A stretch of 32,000 bases of DNA from Methanothermobacter marburgensis str. Marburg (GTDB taxonomy: Archaea; Methanobacteriota; Methanobacteria; Methanobacteriales; Methanothermobacteraceae), in contig NC_014408.1 of NCBI RefSeq assembly GCF_000145295.1, positions 1,110,001 to 1,142,000 on the forward strand. Reading direction: 5' to 3'. Position numbers and translations under genes: made by a program. How positions within the stretch are numbered: position 1 is the first letter of the stretch; each line of letters opens with the position of its first letter. The notes under the pieces were generated by a model, which saw only the letters and a list, made by a program, of their open reading frames with translations, made no database searches and was not told the origin of the DNA. Below are positions 18,796 through 26,998 of the stretch, piece after piece.

Positions 18796-20079
18796 TTATT
18801 CTTCTGATTCTGCTATAAGGTATGTTCCAGTGGCCCTCTTGATCCTCACACTCCTGAAGGATCCCACCTCGCCATCATGTGTGACAACAGGTATGTATGA
18901 GTCTGTTCTGCCTATGAAGCCGCCCTTCCTTCCCCTCTCAACTATGAGTATGTTCTGGGTGGTTCCGACAAGCCTCCTATTTTCCTCCTCTGTGATCCTC
19001 CCCTTGAGTTCCTCAACGGCCTTTGATCGCCTCCGCAGTTCCCTGAAGTCTATCTCATCAAGGGATGATGAGAAGGCACGTGGCCTGTGTCTGTACTTTG
19101 AGAGGTGTATGAAGCCGGGTCTCACCTCCTCAAGGAGCCTGCAGGTGTCAAGGAAGTCATCCTCGCCCTCAGTGGGGTAGCCAACGATTATATCGGTTGC
19201 AATGGAGATTTCAGGAATTCTTGACCTGAACCTGTCAACTATCATCCTGAAATCATCCACGGTGTGCCCCCTCCCCATATCCCTGAGTACACGGTCACTT
19301 CCACTCTGAACAGGGAGGTGGAGGAAACTGTACACCTTCTCTGATCTGAATGCCTCAACAAGACCATCAAGGTCCCTTAGGACACTTGCAGGGTGCATCA
19401 TGCCAACACGCACCCTGAAATCACCCGGTATTTCAGTTATTTCTCTTATGAGGTCAGAGAGTCTCTCACCTGTATCAGAACCGTATGCTGCAGTATCCTG
19501 TGCCGTAAGCTGAATCTCCCTGCATCCAGCCTCGATGGCCTCCCTAGCCTCCTGGACGATGATATCTGAGGGGTAACTCTGTATACTCCCCCTTGCAAAG
19601 CGTGTGCAGCAGTAGCTGCAGCTTCCACTGCATCCCTCACATATCTGTATGATGTGTATCAGGGGGTTCGACCTCACCCTGGGGACCCCCACCTTCACAT
19701 CAGATGTGAAACCTGTTATCCTTTTAACATCACCGCGGTAGGCTGCACCCACAACCTCCGCCGTTCTCATGAGCTGGTGGGGTCCAAGCCATGAGGCATC
19801 CCCTGATATGGATTCAAGTTTCTGTGGGTCTATTTCAACCATGCACCCTGCAACAACGAGGCCCTTATCAGGGTACATCTCTCTGATCCTCTTTATCCTG
19901 TTTATAACCTTGTGTTCAGTGGGATGCTTAACATAGCATGTGTTAAGAATTATCACATCCGCCTCATCAATCCCTGTAAGAGAAGCCCCTGCTTCACTCA
20001 GGACGCCCGCCATGATCTCTGAGTCTGCCTGGTTGAATGTGCATCCAAACGTCTCTATGTAAACCCTGATATTGTCCAT
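18796..20079 (-). CDS. MiaB-like radical-SAM tRNA methylthiotransferase (archaeal/eukaryotic MtaB/CDKAL1 type)
   Basis: 427 aa. N-terminal UPF0004 domain (ETFGCTFNQADSE...NTCYV), radical-SAM motif CEGCSGSCSYCCTRFARG and a C-terminal TRAM-like domain. Confidence 0.8.
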   Translation of the reverse strand: MDNIRVYIETFGCTFNQADSEIMAGVLSEAGASLTGIDEADVIILNTCYVKHPTEHKVINRIKRIREMYPDKGLVVAGCMVEIDPQKLESISGDASWLGPHQLMRTAEVVGAAYRGDVKRITGFTSDVKVGVPRVRSNPLIHIIQICEGCSGSCSYCCTRFARGSIQSYPSDIIVQEAREAIEAGCREIQLTAQDTAAYGSDTGERLSDLIREITEIPGDFRVRVGMMHPASVLRDLDGLVEAFRSEKVYSFLHLPVQSGSDRVLRDMGRGHTVDDFRMIVDRFRSRIPEISIATDIIVGYPTEGEDDFLDTCRLLEEVRPGFIHLSKYRHRPRAFSSSLDEIDFRELRRRSKAVEELKGRITEEENRRLVGTTQNILIVERGRKGGFIGRTDSYIPVVTHDGEVGSFRSVRIKRATGTYLIAESEE

Positions 20080-20129
20080 TAGGAATCCCCTTTAAAAGTC
20101 ATCTGTAAAATTCCCGCCTAAATACGGGT

Positions 20130-20783
20130 TCAGTGGAATTTCCAGCCATGTTTACCTATCAATGGAACAAATGCAACTCCCCCCAGGTTCCTGGACCTGT
20201 AATCCCCAGAGGAGAGCCTCTCAACAAGAACAAGTTCCTGGTAGAATTTATCAGAACCAACAGGTATTAAAAGTTTTCCCCCAACCTCCAGCTGTTCCCT
20301 GAGGGGCTCAGGTATGTAGGGTGCTGCCGCGGTCACGTATATCCTGCTGTAGGGGGCCTCAGGAGGGTACCCCCTACTTCCGTCCCCATGTATGACAGTG
20401 ATGTTATCGTATCCCAGGGCCTCAAGTTTTCGCCTCGCCCTCTCATATAATGAATGTATCCTTTCAACGGTGTAGAGGTGGCCCTCCCTCCCTATTATCT
20501 CTGCTATGACCGCCGCATTGTAACCGCAGCCGGTGCCAACCTCAAGGACCTTCATTCCCCCCTCAAGGTCCAGTAGCTCCGCGATCATGGCGACCATGTG
20601 GGGTGCGGATATGGTCTGTCCCTCACCTATCGGGAGGGGTATGTCAAGGTAGGCCCTGTGCTTCTCATCTTCAGGGACGAACTCATCCCTTGGAACCCTC
20701 TCCATAGCCCTTCTTACGGACTCAGATTTTATGTAGCCCTTATCTATGAGGTCCTGCACCATTCTAAGTCTTTCATTCATCAT
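20130..20783 (-). CDS. pcm: protein-L-isoaspartate O-methyltransferase
   Basis: ORF 20130..20825. Motifs RAMERVPRDEFVPE, GQTISAPHMVA and the SAM-binding VLEVGTGCGYNAAV. I prefer the ATG at 20783, which avoids overlap with the upstream gene. Confidence 0.88.
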   Translation of the reverse strand: MMNERLRMVQDLIDKGYIKSESVRRAMERVPRDEFVPEDEKHRAYLDIPLPIGEGQTISAPHMVAMIAELLDLEGGMKVLEVGTGCGYNAAVIAEIIGREGHLYTVERIHSLYERARRKLEALGYDNITVIHGDGSRGYPPEAPYSRIYVTAAAPYIPEPLREQLEVGGKLLIPVGSDKFYQELVLVERLSSGDYRSRNLGGVAFVPLIGKHGWKFH

Positions 20784-20817
20784 TGGACCACTAAAAACGA
20801 TTATGTTCGGCCAGATA

Positions 20818-21426
20818 TCACACAATCATGTCTGTGAGGTCATGTCTGAACCTGAGGTTTACAGGATAGCCATAAACCCTCTTAATCCTCCGGGCCGGTA
20901 CGGAGCCCCTTCTTATCATGCTATCCTCTGTCTTTATGCTCCTGATCTTGAAGACGTGTTCATCTATCTTCATGACATCTCCCACCCTGAATTCAAAGTC
21001 CCTGTCCACCTCAACCTTTCTTGAGTAGACCTCACCATGGAGGTCCACGGATATACCAACACGGGCGGGAGCCTCGAGTGAAACAGCCCAGAGAGTCTTA
21101 ACATCGGAGGCTGTGGCTTTATCAACCCTCTTGCCGCTCTTAAGTTCCAGTGATGTTATTTCAACGAGTTTTCCTGATACGGTGATTGCATCGCCTGTTG
21201 ATACCTCCTCATGGGGGTATAGATCCACCTCATCCCTGTAGGAGCTTCCATGCTCACTTATTATTATTCTGTGGCTTTCGGGCTTTTCAATCACAAGGCT
21301 ATCCCTGAAGACCGTCCCGCATTCCTCGCATTCAAGTACAAGGTGCTTGACCTTCCTTGATCTGGACTCATCTGTTCTGCTCTTTAAAACCCTGAATGCC
21401 TTTGACCCGCAAATCGGACACTGCAT
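20818..21426 (-). CDS. archaeal zinc-ribbon protein of unknown function (COG1326 / HVO_0476-like)
   Basis: 202 aa. N-terminal CPICGS...(x25)...CEECGT four-Cys ribbon followed by a beta-rich body. The family name is from recollection only. Confidence 0.55.
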   Translation of the reverse strand: MQCPICGSKAFRVLKSRTDESRSRKVKHLVLECEECGTVFRDSLVIEKPESHRIIISEHGSSYRDEVDLYPHEEVSTGDAITVSGKLVEITSLELKSGKRVDKATASDVKTLWAVSLEAPARVGISVDLHGEVYSRKVEVDRDFEFRVGDVMKIDEHVFKIRSIKTEDSMIRRGSVPARRIKRVYGYPVNLRFRHDLTDMIV

Positions 21427-21468
21427 CTATTACCCCTCATACATTTCCTGTGAATTTAAATGTTTCTC

Positions 21469-21969
21469 CTATCCCGAACCTTCTTTCAGCGTCCTGATGT
21501 AGTGGTTTACAAGGCCGCCGTCCTGCAGTATCGATAACATGTAGTCGTTGAAGGGCTTCATCTCATATCTCTTTCCAGAGGTGAGGTTCTCAATGAAACC
21601 ACCCTTGAGATCAGCAGAGATTTCATCCCCGTCCGCCGCATCCACACGAGCCATTATAACGGGAAACCCTATGTTTATGGCGTTCCTGTAGAATATCCTG
21701 GCAAAGGATTCTGCAATGATCGCGGCGACACCTGCATGTTTAAGGGCTACCGGGGCTTGTTCCCTCGACGATCCGCATCCGAAGTTGCGCCCGGCCACTA
21801 TTATGTCGCCCCTCTTAACCTCAGAGGCAAACTCTGGCCTTGCACCCTCCATTACATGGGATGCGAGTTCATCAAGGCTGAAGGTCCGCAGGTAACGACC
21901 TGGTATGATCATGTCAGTATCTATGTTATCACCGAATCTCCATACTCTTCCCCTTATAACTTCTTCCAT
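21469..21969 (-). CDS. hacB: aconitase-family small subunit (LeuD-like); the loop motif suggests methanogen homoaconitase HacB
   Basis: ORF 21469..21987 (GTG). The ATG at 21969 lies behind AGGAGGG. LeuD motifs GDNIDTDMIIPGRYL and GRNFGCGSSREQA. The loop YLRT matches the HACN (MJ1271-type) specificity loop rather than the IPMI YLVY. Confidence 0.65.
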   Translation of the reverse strand: MEEVIRGRVWRFGDNIDTDMIIPGRYLRTFSLDELASHVMEGARPEFASEVKRGDIIVAGRNFGCGSSREQAPVALKHAGVAAIIAESFARIFYRNAINIGFPVIMARVDAADGDEISADLKGGFIENLTSGKRYEMKPFNDYMLSILQDGGLVNHYIRTLKEGSG

Positions 21970-21987
21970 CCATATTCCCTCCTGCAC

Positions 21988-22980
21988 TCAGGATCTGATC
22001 ACAGAGGCCCCCCTGTTGCGGCCGCCTGTTACAAAGGCCTGCCCGGAATCCATTATCTCCAGAACCGCATCCACCATATCATCAGCTTTCCCATCTGTGA
22101 CCGCGTATACTGCAGGACCAAATGAACTCATGCCCGCCCCTGCAGCCCCTGCAGACAACATAGCATCTATTAATCTGTCAATCAGTGGGTCCTGAAGATC
22201 CCTTTCAACCTTCTTGAATCCTATCTTCTGTATTTCATTAACAGATTCCCCAAAGGCCTCAATGTCCCCTTCAATGACTGAGGGCATCATCTTCATGAGA
22301 ATTATGTGTGATAGCCTTTCAACCTCCCTGAGGGGGATGGGGCAGTATTCCTGGAATATGTTAACCTCCTTTTTCCCTGAAACGGATCTCTCAATGTGGG
22401 GTATGGCAACCACGATATTCCAGCCCTCAGGAAAATCATATCTTGCAATAACCGGTGGTGGAGAGGCATGTGAGGCAGATGACGGCAGGAAGTCAGACTT
22501 TTCACGGGTGTTGTGTCCTGCATCCACTATGAATCCTCCCTTTTCAAAGGAGGCGACACCTATACCTGATGTTCCACCCCTACCAACAATCGCTGCCAGT
22601 TCCCTTGCCCTTATACTGGCGCCGTGGTACTCTGCGATGAGCTTTGCGGCTGCAAGGGATATCTGGGTCCCCGATCCCAGACCAGAGTGGGCCGGGAACA
22701 TGCTTTCAACCTTGAAGGCGAATTTTTCATCACTGCCAATGTAACTGAGGGTTCTCTCTGCAGCCGCTGTTATCTTTGAAACGTATTCCTCCCTGAGTGA
22801 GCTATCCACTTCACCAGTGAACTCCACAGTGATTTCATCTGAGGCCTCGAGGCCCATAATGAGTTCAGGCTCCCTGAGGGTGATTCCAACCCCTCCATCG
22901 AGGCGGCCCCTCCTCCCATTGAGGTCTATGAGGGTGAGGTGTAACCGGGACGGTGTGTTGATGATCAATTCAATTACCAC
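21988..22980 (-). CDS. mptG: beta-ribofuranosylaminobenzene 5'-phosphate (beta-RFAP) synthase, methanopterin biosynthesis (GHMP-like fold)
   Basis: 330 aa. PSRLHLTLIDLNG N-terminus, GHMP-like PAHSGLGSGTQISLAAA and GMSSFGPAVYA. GTG start at 22978-22980. The position corresponds to MTH830 as I recall it. Confidence 0.75.
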   Translation of the reverse strand: MVIELIINTPSRLHLTLIDLNGRRGRLDGGVGITLREPELIMGLEASDEITVEFTGEVDSSLREEYVSKITAAAERTLSYIGSDEKFAFKVESMFPAHSGLGSGTQISLAAAKLIAEYHGASIRARELAAIVGRGGTSGIGVASFEKGGFIVDAGHNTREKSDFLPSSASHASPPPVIARYDFPEGWNIVVAIPHIERSVSGKKEVNIFQEYCPIPLREVERLSHIILMKMMPSVIEGDIEAFGESVNEIQKIGFKKVERDLQDPLIDRLIDAMLSAGAAGAGMSSFGPAVYAVTDGKADDMVDAVLEIMDSGQAFVTGGRNRGASVIRS

Positions 22981-22988
22981 TCCTTCGA

Positions 22989-24473
22989 TTATCCTTTTAG
23001 AGGTTTTGAGAACTGCTTTTCAACCTCTGCCCTGTGTATTGAGTTCATGGTACAGAATGGGACTATGCGCCCATCAGGCAGGGCGTAGTGTATGACGCAC
23101 CTTCTAACCCTCTCAATATCAAAGTTCCATGGGTCCATGAAGTGCATGCATGATACCAGGAGGGTGTTGTAGTGGAATTCCCCAAGGGCACTGTATGATC
23201 TCTCCCTGAATACTGATGTTAGTATGCTCTTTATATCAACAGACTCCGGCGCCTTTGATTTGTCGAGGGTTTTTGGAAGTTCTATTGTTGATTTTGCTAT
23301 CAATTTGGCCTTTGCTGCTATTCCGCCCTTCTCAAGTTCCTTCCTGCCCTTATCGAGTATCTCAAAGAACCTGTCAACATCGATGAACCTTGTTATTGGG
23401 ATTATTTTTCCGTCCTCTATGAATATGTATGTGGCTGTACCGCAGTGCTGGTGGCATGTGAATGTAACCTGGGGTTCGCCCTCAATGGCCGCAACGAAGT
23501 CGGATATTGGGCGGACAGATGATGCCGGGTAGAAGTCGTCCACCGCTATCTCTGAACCTGTCTGTTCCTCCACGAGTTTCTGGAAGTCGGGTATTGTTAT
23601 GCGCTGCTCCTCAACCCTATCTGCAGGGGTTCTTCCTGCAAAGGACACCGGCTGGAAGTTAACGCCCCTTATTATATCGATGTTTTCAATGGCAAACCTT
23701 ATTATGTCCCCCACCTGGCTGTCGTTGAGGCCCCTGACGAGTGTGGGGACAAGTACTATTCCAAGACCTGCCTTTCTGCAGTTTTCTATTGCCTGTAATT
23801 TCAGTGGCAGCAGATTTTTACCCCTGGATACAAGGTAGGGTTCCTCTGTGACCCCATCGAACTGGAGGTAAACCGTGTTGAGCCCTGCCTCCCTGAGTTC
23901 CGCTGCGAGTTCAGGTTTCCGCGCAAGTCTCACTCCATTTGTGGCTATCTGTACATGGGTGAAGCCCTCCTCCCTTGCGAGTTTAACGAGCTCCACTATA
24001 TCCTTCCTCACAGTGGGCTCACCACCCGCGTACTGAATGGCTGGGGTGGGTACTGGTCTGTTTCTGCGGAGATTTCTTAGCATCTCCCTTATCTCTTCAT
24101 AGGTCGGCTCATAAAGGTACTTTGAAACGGCAGCATTGGCAAAACAGATGGGACATTTAAGATTGCATCGATTAGTAACATCAATAAGACCAAGAACAGT
24201 GTGGCTCTCATGTTCGGGGCAGAGACCACAGTCAAGTGGGCATCCCTTGAGGGGATCTGTCTGCGGGTTCAGTAGCCCCTCACCTTCCTCATCATAATCT
24301 TCTGCCTTATGGTAGACCTCGGAATTGCTCCAGTAAACACCCTCAAAGTTTCCGTGCTCCGGGCATTCCTTCCTTATTAGAACCCTGCCCTCGTCCTCAA
24401 AGACCTCTGCATCGACGGGTCTGAGGCACTCAGGGCAGAGACTCCTTGTTCTCTTTATTACCACAACAGTCAC
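22989..24473 (-). CDS. tes: MJ0619-type radical-SAM enzyme with two CX3CX2C motifs (tetraether lipid synthase Tes/GDGT-MAS; earlier proposed as a methanopterin C-methylase)
   Basis: 494 aa. N-terminal rubredoxin-like CPEC...CPEH. First motif CPLDCGLC at residues 78-85 and second motif CNLKCPIC at 103-110. The 25-residue spacing equals the Cys77/Cys102 spacing reported for MJ0619. GTG start. Confidence 0.75.
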   Translation of the reverse strand: MTVVVIKRTRSLCPECLRPVDAEVFEDEGRVLIRKECPEHGNFEGVYWSNSEVYHKAEDYDEEGEGLLNPQTDPLKGCPLDCGLCPEHESHTVLGLIDVTNRCNLKCPICFANAAVSKYLYEPTYEEIREMLRNLRRNRPVPTPAIQYAGGEPTVRKDIVELVKLAREEGFTHVQIATNGVRLARKPELAAELREAGLNTVYLQFDGVTEEPYLVSRGKNLLPLKLQAIENCRKAGLGIVLVPTLVRGLNDSQVGDIIRFAIENIDIIRGVNFQPVSFAGRTPADRVEEQRITIPDFQKLVEEQTGSEIAVDDFYPASSVRPISDFVAAIEGEPQVTFTCHQHCGTATYIFIEDGKIIPITRFIDVDRFFEILDKGRKELEKGGIAAKAKLIAKSTIELPKTLDKSKAPESVDIKSILTSVFRERSYSALGEFHYNTLLVSCMHFMDPWNFDIERVRRCVIHYALPDGRIVPFCTMNSIHRAEVEKQFSKPLKG

Positions 24474-24627
24474 CTGTTTAATTTGAATATTAAAATCATT
24501 GAATCAGTTCACTGGCAAATGTTATATACTTGATGTATGAAATTACAAACCCATGCATCCTCTTCTTGGAGCCTGAACTGACAGGTTCTTACGGTATCTC
24601 AATTAAATAATTTTGCGAGGTGTACAC

Positions 24628-25143
24628 GTGAATACCGATATTATCAATATTATAGATGTTCTCTATGTAATATACTTTATGTTACCTGCCTACATGGCAA
24701 ATATAAGTGGTCTCGTATTTGGTGGGGGTAGACCCCTTGACATGGGTATCACCCTCCGTGATGGCAGGCGCCTCATAGGGGACGGCGTAACCTGGCGTGG
24801 CACCGCGGCTGGTACCCTCATTGGGCTGCTTGTGGGATTAATTCAGGGTCTTCTTTCAGGTTCAGTTATAATTGGAGCAATAACTGGTCTTTTACTTGGA
24901 TTCGGAGCCCTCCTGGGAGATGCGGCGGGTAGTTTCATAAAACGAAGGCTCAAAATAGATAGGGGTAGGCCCGCGCCCATCCTTGATCAGCTTGACTTCG
25001 TTGTCGGGGCCCTGATACTGGTATCTCCACTAAGGGTGCTACCAGTTGATTACATCATCCTGATAATGCTTATCACACTGGTCCTTCATCTTTCAGCAAA
25101 CATCATAGCATACCTCATCGGTATGAAGGATGTCTGGTACTGA
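24628..25143 (+). CDS. carS: CDP-archaeol synthase (CarS, DUF46 family)
   Basis: ORF 24613..25143 (TTG). The GTG at 24628 follows GAGGTG. It is a small polytopic membrane protein with the signature GDAAGSFIKRRLKIDRGRPAPILDQLDFV. Confidence 0.82.
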   Translation: MNTDIINIIDVLYVIYFMLPAYMANISGLVFGGGRPLDMGITLRDGRRLIGDGVTWRGTAAGTLIGLLVGLIQGLLSGSVIIGAITGLLLGFGALLGDAAGSFIKRRLKIDRGRPAPILDQLDFVVGALILVSPLRVLPVDYIILIMLITLVLHLSANIIAYLIGMKDVWY

Positions 25144-25166
25144 TATTGGGAACAGCTACCCCCAAA

Positions 25167-25327
25167 AAAAGTTTAAGGGTCATAAAAAATAACCCCCACC
25201 ATTTAATTACGATAGAACAGAACTGCTGGCCCTCAAAAGTTTAAGGGTCATAAAAAATAACCCCCACCATTTAATTACGATAGAACAGAACTGCTGGCCC
25301 TCAAAAGTTTAAGGGTCATGAAAAATA
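25167..25327. repeat. 68-bp tandem repeat, two full copies plus a partial third copy that is the native 3' end of the adjacent gene
   Basis: The 25167-25234 and 25235-25302 copies are identical by eye (aaaagtttaagggtcataaaaaataacccccaccatttaattacgatagaacagaactgctggccctc). 25303-25327 repeats the first ~25 nt with one visible change (catG vs catA) before diverging. Confidence 0.9.
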
Positions 25328-25949
25328 CCTCATATGCCGATGACCACTCAGGGACCTCATAGACCAGTGTGGGATAACCCGCTGCAGCAAGTGGTCTTGA
25401 GAAGAGTCTGGCAGATGAACTCCTGTACCTTGTTTTTCCTGAGACCGGGTAGTAATTGAAACCTTCCTTCCTGAGGCTTTCAGCGATTTGCACTGAGGGT
25501 TCATCCATCTGTGGTGTTGCAACATAGAATCCCTCACCATAACCCGGTGCATGGGCATGGGCGATTATCACAAGGTCATAATCAGATTTCATTACATCTG
25601 GGAGGATGTAGGTGGCTGCAAGGCCCTCACCATTGGCTCTGCCCTTGCTGTAATCCATTGGACTGTCCTCAACATTTATACTGTAAAGTGCAACCTCCAC
25701 AGGGAGAAGTGCGAATGCCCTGCTGACCCACTGGACTGGTGCAACTGAAACCTCCTCCCGTGGATGTATCCCTGTTACAACGGCTATCTTTATGTTCTGC
25801 TTCCCGTAATGTGCATAGACATCCTTTGTAACATATCCCCTGGAATCCGAGCCGATGGTTGAATGGTCAGATAGGTTCATGATTACAAGGGGGGTTACAA
25901 TCAGGAGGAGGATCCCGGCAATTAAAATCCTTGATTTCAACTCGACCAT
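25275..25949 (-). CDS. membrane-anchored/exported hypothetical protein with a carboxypeptidase-A-like HxxE...H...E pattern
   Basis: 224 aa. N-terminal hydrophobic anchor ILIAGILLLIVTPLVIM, then VVTGIHPREE (H62, E65), IIAHAHAPGYG (H131/H133) and LVYEVPEW (E198). The last 14 codons lie inside the 68-bp repeat. Confidence 0.6.
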   Translation of the reverse strand: MVELKSRILIAGILLLIVTPLVIMNLSDHSTIGSDSRGYVTKDVYAHYGKQNIKIAVVTGIHPREEVSVAPVQWVSRAFALLPVEVALYSINVEDSPMDYSKGRANGEGLAATYILPDVMKSDYDLVIIAHAHAPGYGEGFYVATPQMDEPSVQIAESLRKEGFNYYPVSGKTRYRSSSARLFSRPLAAAGYPTLVYEVPEWSSAYEVFFMTLKLLRASSSVLS

Positions 25950-25953
25950 CCAT

Positions 25954-26994
25954 CTATCTGTTCTGGAGGTAATCCTCCATCAGGAGTGCTGTGCCAACTG
26001 CAGGGGCCACCACACACTCCTCCTCTGTCAGGAATTCGTCCATGGTTCTGCATTTGAGGTCAAGAATTTCCGCGGCCCTTTTTGCAAGAACATTCATTCC
26101 AAGGCCAGTGGCGATCACCTCATCAAGGTTCTCGCGCTCTGAAACCTCTGCGATTCCCTCTGCTATCTTGAGTATCTGCTGGTGGTAGATGTACTCTGAC
26201 ACCTCAAGTATATCCTCTGGTTCAAGGAGTTCCAGGTCGGCGCATAGGACGCGGGCTATCCTGAGCATGCAATCTTCAATGGATCTCCCTGAACCATCAG
26301 GTGTACTGCAGGTGTAGTCGGATTCCCTGATATTGCCGAGTACCCTGTGAACATCGGCCGTTATTGCAAAAAGTTCAGATGAAACCCTGAACCATTTATC
26401 ATGCAGGGGGACCCTGTCGACTATCGTTGCCACATTGGTTCTCAGTGTACCCGTGTAGACAAGTTCACCAGTTGATAGTCTTTCAAGGTCATTCCTTCCC
26501 CTTGCAGCCTCGAATCCGTCCTTGACGGGTATTATATCCGTTGTTGTGCTTCCCACGTCCACCATTATGCAGTCGCTGCTCATTGCAGAGGCTATCTGTG
26601 AGGTGGCAACCCAGTTGGCTGCAGCCACATCCATGGGGTCCCTGACCGCCTCGGAGGCATCCACCATACCCGAGAGGCTCACGTATGCCACTGGAACATC
26701 AAATGCGCTCTGGACACTTTCAACTATATCTATAACTCCCTCTGCCTTGCTTGGGTATGCGTCCACAAGTTCCGCTGTCATGCATACGCCAACGCCATCA
26801 AGATCATCAAGATCATCCCCTGTAAGCTCAATCAGGGTCTCTGAAAGTTCATCATGTTTAAGCCACATGGGGAGGTACCTGAAGTCCACACGGACTTTCT
26901 TCATTTCCCCATCGGCTCCAAACTCTATTAATGCCATGTCAGTGTTTGCTCCTCCAATATCAAATCCCACGATCTTCATCAAGGTCAACTCCAT
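25954..26994 (-). CDS. mfnF: hydantoinase-A/ASKHA-fold protein of the H4MPT-linked C1 pathway family; probable methanofuran biosynthesis MfnF
   Basis: ORF 25954..27102. I prefer the ATG at 26994 (4 nt after the upstream stop) or at 26979. ASKHA phosphate-1 motif VGFDIGGANTD and second motif VDVGSTTTDIIPV. The MfnF (MJ0840) assignment is from recollection. Confidence 0.6.
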   Translation of the reverse strand: MELTLMKIVGFDIGGANTDMALIEFGADGEMKKVRVDFRYLPMWLKHDELSETLIELTGDDLDDLDGVGVCMTAELVDAYPSKAEGVIDIVESVQSAFDVPVAYVSLSGMVDASEAVRDPMDVAAANWVATSQIASAMSSDCIMVDVGSTTTDIIPVKDGFEAARGRNDLERLSTGELVYTGTLRTNVATIVDRVPLHDKWFRVSSELFAITADVHRVLGNIRESDYTCSTPDGSGRSIEDCMLRIARVLCADLELLEPEDILEVSEYIYHQQILKIAEGIAEVSERENLDEVIATGLGMNVLAKRAAEILDLKCRTMDEFLTEEECVVAPAVGTALLMEDYLQNR

Positions 26995-26998
26995 ACCT

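Noticed and set aside
24474-24627. A short palindrome TGAA-tcag-TTCA in the carS/tes divergent promoter region as a regulator site.
   Set aside because: It has only 4 bp per half-site, which is expected by chance in an AT-rich 150-nt region.
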